A DNA stretch of 54,577 nucleotides, counting the filler, from Sluysia triapertura (lineage: Eukaryota): the NCBI GenBank assembly GCA_046118255.1. It is 4 parts of 4 records of this genome, joined end to end, with 100 filler letters (N's around TTAATTAATTAA, not from the genome) between each part and the next. Parts side by side here need not be neighbours in the genome. Positions count along the whole stretch, not along the records: positions 41,020 to 54,577 come from JBJNIA010032600.1; 3 more parts are not named here. One strand, given 5' to 3'. Below are positions 50,230 through 54,577 of this stretch, piece after piece. Below the pieces are notes generated by a model. The model worked only from the letters and a program-made list of their open reading frames with translations, was not told the origin of the DNA and ran no database searches. Each line of letters opens with the position of its first letter. Position 1 is the first letter of the stretch. The position numbers and the translations under genes were made by a program.

Positions 50230-52713
50230 TTGTTAGGTTGCCATAACAAACCTCTAAAATTGTGTAAAATATCGTTAATAAACTCTAAAATCATTATAAA
50301 AATATTTTAAAACTTCTAAACATTCCATAGATTTCTATTGACTGATGACTCGTATGTAAACAAGTATCAGTTCACTTTACAACACAATTTTATTTTTACA
50401 TAATTTCAATTTATACAATATTTTCTTTGTAGGCGCCATTTTAATTTAATTTGATCAATTCAAGTCCAACCAGCTTTAGAGGATATTATTCGATTATTTC
50501 TTTGGTTTTTTTGGTAAGCCTCATTATTTATAAGGAGATTTCAATCTTTACAATTGAAATCATAAAAACACCTAAATTAATTTAGGAAATTTTTAAAACC
50601 CCGATCTAATGGGGGAACTTTTGTAATCTAAAATAATATATTAAAATAATCAAAGATCTTCAAGATTTTGATTTTAAAATTGTTGAATTTTATCACTTTG
50701 TTTGATACTTGATCTTCACATGTTTACTATTAATTCGTTGGTATAATAGAATTTAATAAATTAATAATTTTAATTGGATTGATTATTTGAAGTAATAGAA
50801 GTAATAGATTGATTAATAGAAGTAATAGAAGAGACCACCTTACTTAGCTAACAAACTTTATTTCAAGTTTATATTTAAGTTTTTATATTCAAGTTTAAAT
50901 CTTCACTTGTCGTATAAAAAGTTCTTTTCATTCGTAATTATCTTAAATTAAAATCGAGTAAAAGATTCATTAATAATATACCAAGGTTTCGTTAAATTAA
51001 CATTATATTTGTTAGAATATAACATATTTCTAAATAATTGGTACAGTCAAAACGTTTGCAAAGTCCTACATAAAACGTGTTGTAGTTTTATTTTCATGAA
51101 TCTTATTCAATTCAATTTCGTCATAAAACTAATTATAAAAAACTTTCTTCTAATAATTCTTCAAAACGATTTAAAAAACAAATTCAATATCACTGATATT
51201 GAAATATGCAAATATTTCTTTAAAATAGTATAAAAATGTGAAATATTTGATTGAATAACGTTGTGAGCTGCTGATTATTTTTTAGAAGATACAAAATGTA
51301 AGAAAATGTTACGAGCTGACTTTGTAATAAAATCAGATAAGGTGGGTTTGACCACCACAAAATGTTTTAATAAAACATTAAATATGACTAATCAAAAGTA
51401 AAACTTTAATCAAATGAAATCTAAATCATATTAATTGCTTTTACTACTTTCAAAGTGAGATTCAATGCACTACCTGTAAATTTGAAACTAAATTTATTTT
51501 ATATTTGTAAATAATAATACCAATGCATTACTTTTACCTATATTTTAAACCGGACATATTTCATTAACATACTTTTAAATCCCACTCACTTATAATCTTG
51601 AGTGAATTTTCAAACTCAGTGGCATGCAAAATTTAAAATACACTTAATATACATACTAAAGTCATACTAATTTAAATCGAATATATTGAAATAGAAGCAC
51701 AAACAACTTTTAAATTATCTAATTCACTAGGCACATATAAAGATAAAAATTATTTCACACTTATCACAACCATTGTATAATTAACAGATAATTATAATTA
51801 ATAACTAATAATACGTGAAGAGAGTGATGTAAAGGTTCAATAGCTAAAATTAATGAATCATTAAATAATAACCAACTTTTATTATTCTGAAATCTAATCT
51901 AAAATATAAATAAAAAATAATCAAAAAAATTAAACATAAAAACCAATGGGATATTACTCAATAATATTAAATTTTTTAGTCTAGAGGAGAAATCGCAACA
52001 AAACTTGATAATAATTTAAAATGTCTCAATAAATAGTGTTCAAGTTTTACTTAATTTAACAACTTAACAATTATGATTTTTATAATCTTATTGGGTTCGC
52101 CAATAATTTAAGGTTTATTTCCTACGGAAGACTTAATTATTGGTTTTAATTATTGTTTAGTGAATGCTGCTACGAAAGAATATTCTTATGCTTTGTATCG
52201 AGGGTCCTTTATCAAATTGTGAAGTCGTTATTATAACTTTCTTATCACTAAACTTTTCCTATTTAATAATGAACTCCTTTTCTTTTCAAGTAAACAAAAC
52301 AAGAAATAAACTAGTACTTATTGTACTCTATGAATTTTTTATTATTATCAAATCGAAATATGTTACAAGAGTTAATTCAATATGTAAGATGAACAAATAT
52401 AAATACAAGAAGTTCAATAATAATATAAATAATAAATTGAATAATAATTAAGATTGCTCTTAATATTTTCTTAGCAGAAGTTAAAGTGATTTTAACCCAG
52501 AGTTAATCTTTGGGTTGATAAAAATTTATTAGATTTTACGTGTATTTTGATATAGCTTAACACTATATAATCTTATTAAAAATAGCTTACAATATTTTCC
52601 AAAGAAAATTAGTTTTCTTTTCTGAATGATTTTCTGTAATTGACGAATCCAATGTAACGTTCCACTTAGAATAATTCTTTTGCGATTCCAAAAAATTTCT
52701 TCTTTAATTAAAA

Positions 52714-52829
52714 TTTCTCCGTCCCAAATTAATTTTTCCAATCCAAATAAATTCTCGAACAATAACAATAAGTTTTCTCCGTCTTACAGTAATTAAATTC
52801 TCCAATCCAGACAAATTCTCGAACAATAA
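52714..52829. repeat. ~60-bp tandem duplication
   Basis: TTTCTCCGTC...TCCAATCCA.A.AAATTCTCGAACAATAA occurs twice; AAATTCTCCAATCCA also occurs at ~33347. Confidence 0.75.
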
Positions 52830-53043
52830 GTTCCAAAGATTTTTAACAAAGATTTATGTATGTTTGAAAGATTTTGTAAGCTTATTTATATTACTTTTTT
52901 GAATGATAATTTACAGATAAATTAAAGATTTTATTAGATTAAATTTTTCAAAAAATTATTATCTTTAACTAAAAATTGTATTTTTGTAAATTTTTTAATT
53001 TTTTATTGATTAAAGATTTTTATCTAGTATTCATATTTTTATC

Positions 53044-53132
53044 AAGTTTTTAATTAGTTAGATTTTTTCAATTAAAGTTTTTAATTAACTGATAAAGTTT
53101 TAATTAACTGAAATATTTTAATTAACTGAAAT
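53044..53132. repeat. ~20-bp minisatellite (AAGTTTTTAATTAACTGA-like, about 4 copies)
   Basis: Direct observation. Confidence 0.75.
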
Positions 53133-53269
53133 AATAAATTATTATTTTATATAAATTACAATTTTTAATACAATTTTTAATATCTACACTTTAAAACGGT
53201 CATCTAAACAAAAATAAAGATATAATTTAAAAAAATTCGAATAATAGAAAAATTTTACATTTTTAGGTA

Positions 53270-54402
53270 CTAGGTTTCCAATATTGAATTAGACTTTTCC
53301 TCCAATTGAACACTCTCCGTATGTCTTTGGTAGTTGTAGAAATGAGCGGATAACTTTAACATTAATGTTGTATCACTGAGTTTATTGTGATAATTCTTAA
53401 CATACTCACGATACGATTCTAGTAAAATCACGAAATCGTTGTATGCTGAACATATAGAAAAAATTCTTTTTAATTGTAGGATATTGCATAAGCTTGTGAA
53501 TAACTCCACACATTTACGGAGTGGGACGACAAGTATGTGTTCTGGTATTACACATACTGCATGTAAGGATCTGGTTATTGACGTTACTTCCGTACAATCA
53601 ATGCAACATTACCGAAACATGAAAGTTCATAACTTCTAAAATCATTATTACTTTGAATTAATTTGATGATCTTTAATTTTGGTTCCGGCATCTGAACTCT
53701 TTGTACGAACTAAATTAATTTTAACACGTAAATGTGATTCATGATGATACGACGGATTATGCATATGAGACGATTGATGTGAAGATAACTGAAGAATTAG
53801 AATATCTTCTTCATTATCTTTAACCGTAATATACTTATTAGGTTTTCTAAACAAATTATACATTAATTTCCGAATGTAACTTAATAGGTACAATTGTAAA
53901 TTCGTACTAGATCGATTAGTACAACTAGACTTTATTAGAAATTCATAGAGAGAAATAGGTTCCATTGTATTTATAAAATTGTAACATTCTGTAAAGTGTA
54001 ATCTCCATATACCATTTGAAATTGAGGAAGTTAACATAATCAACTTAATCGGTTCTACATTGAACTCTAATCTCAGCTTCTGAATTCCATTATAATTTCC
54101 AATGAGTGAATTATTATTATTGATTTTCTGATAAAATATTAGTAGCAGTAAGAGGATTTACGACGGTGCATACACTACTTAAATCATTAAAGCAGAATGC
54201 TTAATTGTAAGATTCGACAAATAGAGTATCACTAAAATACTGGCTGATTTCCAGTAGACTGGATAAATTAGATACATAATTTATAATTGTCACATTATCA
54301 CTTTTGAAACCAAATTTACTAAAAGATGCTGCATTCTTCATAAGTCGCAAATCGGATATCAAACTGGAAGCTATAATACATTCATTTGGTAAAAAACAAA
54401 TT
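53270..54402 (-). pseudogene. Disrupted coding region of unknown function
   Basis: Acceptor AG ends at 54403. A 66-codon frame, an in-frame TAA (54203-54201) and a frameshift near 54120 lead into ORF 53648-54043, then another discontinuity leads into ORF 53270-53509. Confidence 0.5.
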
Positions 54403-54577
54403 CTAAATCGGTAATATATATAAGAGTTGTCTTATTTAGCTGAGTTTTGTAACACTGTTTTATTCAAAATTTATTTTTGTCTATTTTTTAGTCTGTCAAA
54501 ATGTTGCGTCTTTAAAAATTACTAGCTTTTGCGACTCAAAATGGCTTAAAGGAATTTCGATAGTTTTAATAGTCAAA

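Noticed and set aside
52492-52518. TTAACCCAGAG...CTTTGGGTTGA mini inverted repeat resembling piggyBac ends
   Set aside because: Too short and imperfect to distinguish from chance.

Overview
Very AT-rich eukaryotic draft-assembly DNA in four contigs joined by 100-nt N-TTAATTAATTAA-N linkers. It is animal, judging by a Van Gogh/strabismus exon and short GT-AG introns (34, 38, 68 and 160 nt); the host cannot be named from the sequence, but a compact or reduced invertebrate would fit. Two genes can be assembled well: a 2-exon CYHR1/SINA-like RING-TRAF gene (17489-18932, +) and a 5-exon N-terminal PDZ protein gene (46807-41537, -). There are also isolated fragments of conserved genes (USP His-box, kinase subdomain XI, class-A GPCR TM5-7, Vang), several frameshifted or stop-containing coding regions, and a Asp/Tyr/Asn/Lys 10-aa repeat protein containing a near-FLAG motif. 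Mobile DNA is abundant: a pogo transposase relic, LTR-retrotransposon relics, several MITE/fold-back elements and microsatellites. The most unusual feature is a ~160-bp repeated cassette with TG...CA termini that carries a tRNA-Ala-like RNA. That RNA keeps G3:U70, A73, the A/B boxes and a TTTT terminator, but its anticodon arm is remodelled and non-canonical. Two full copies and one decayed copy are present. All family assignments are motif recognition by eye, not database searches.
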